Positions 5,475 to 5,911 of a stretch of 5,911 nucleotides of DNA are shown here, piece by piece. Source of the stretch: a virus (taxonomy: Duplodnaviria; Heunggongvirae; Uroviricota; Caudoviricetes); IMG/VR virus record IMGVR_UViG_2778261094_000002, positions 1 through 5,911 of that record. One strand, written 5' to 3'. The notes under the pieces were generated by a model that saw nothing but the letters and a program-made list of their open reading frames with translations, was not told the origin of the DNA and searched no databases. The number at the start of each line of letters is the position of its first letter. The stretch's first letter is position 1. The position numbers and the translations under genes were made by a program.

Positions 5475-5896
5475 AAATCAAGCATGAGCACATCCGCATG
5501 GCGATGAATGCCTGGGCGCATCCGGACGGCGAAAAAGTACCGACTGCGAAGATTACCAAAGCGTATTTCGAACTGGGTATGACGTTCCCGGAACTGTACG
5601 ACGACAGCCATCCGGAAGCCCTGTCTCGTAATACCCAGAAAATTTTCCGCTGGGTAGAAAAAGACACCCCTGATGCGGTTAAAAAAATTCAGGCGTTGTT
5701 ACCGGCGATCGAAAAAGCAATGCCGCCTCCGCTGGTGGCCCGAATGCGCAGCCACAGTTCGGAATATCACCGGGAGCTTGTCGAGCGACGGGAGCGCCTG
5801 GTGAAAGATATCGATGAGTTTGTTGCGGCAGCGATCGTGTTGTTCGATCAGATGAATCGTGGTGGTCCGGCGGGAAATGCCGTGGTGGCGCATTGA
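5471..5896 (+). CDS. ydaT: YdaT-family protein (Rac prophage YdaT-like; occupies the cII-like position after cro), 141 aa
   Basis: ATG 5471 in an ATGA overlap with the cro-like stop. Translation MKIKHEHIRMAMNAWAHPDGEKVPTAKITKAYFELGMTFPELYDDSHPEALSRNTQKIFRWVEKD... matches my recollection of Rac YdaT in length (about 140 aa) and sequence flavour. Stop TGA 5894-5896. Confidence 0.7.
   Translation: MKIKHEHIRMAMNAWAHPDGEKVPTAKITKAYFELGMTFPELYDDSHPEALSRNTQKIFRWVEKDTPDAVKKIQALLPAIEKAMPPPLVARMRSHSSEYHRELVERRERLVKDIDEFVAAAIVLFDQMNRGGPAGNAVVAH
5731..5738 (+). other. Chi octamer GCTGGTGG
   Basis: Exact match on the plus strand inside the ydaT-like gene, same orientation as the site at 141-148. Confidence 0.5.
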
Positions 5897-5911
5897 TAAC
5901 GTGTTCTGGGG

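Noticed and set aside
5395-5893. Minus-strand ORFs 5395-5667, 5426-5611, 5699-5893
   Set aside because: Antisense to the cro-like and ydaT-like genes; no RBS; Cys/Arg-rich junk-like translations.
1-5911. Looked for tRNA/rRNA genes, CRISPR repeats, IS-element terminal inverted repeats and an attachment-site direct repeat
   Set aside because: No cloverleaf-compatible segments, no regularly spaced direct repeats, and no transposase-like ORF were seen. The window appears to be internal to the prophage.

Overview
The window reads as the early/immunity segment of a Rac-like lambdoid prophage in an enterobacterial (E. coli-like) background. All homology statements below come from reading the translations and from memory of the families involved; no searches or computations were run.

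Layout, right to left along the leftward (minus-strand) early operon: a PL-like promoter, three small ORFs (78/51 aa, 42 aa, 72 aa), a 135-aa ORF, about 530 bp with no convincing ORF, two translationally coupled small ORFs (62 aa and a 67-aa protein with an N-terminal hydrophobic segment), and a large RecE-like ORF that runs off the left edge. That last ORF has 683 codons in the window and is absent from the supplied ORF track, presumably because it has no in-window stop. At the right end sit a CI-like repressor (HTH plus S24 peptidase, minus strand) with a strong intrinsic terminator, and divergent Cro/YdaS-like and YdaT-like genes (plus strand). One AT-rich plus-strand 77-aa ORF is convergent with, and overlaps, the 135-aa ORF.

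The best candidates for something undescribed are:
1. The accessory block 3050-3909, with uncharacterised convergent genes where Rac carries kilR/sieB.
2. A DnaQ-like DEDD exonuclease motif and a zinc ribbon inside the RecE-like ORF.
3. Mirrored operator/promoter architecture (GTAAC-N4-GTTAC inside TTGAC(A/T)-N17/18-TGTTACC(A/C)T) on both sides of the repressor gene.

No tRNA, rRNA, CRISPR array or IS element was seen.
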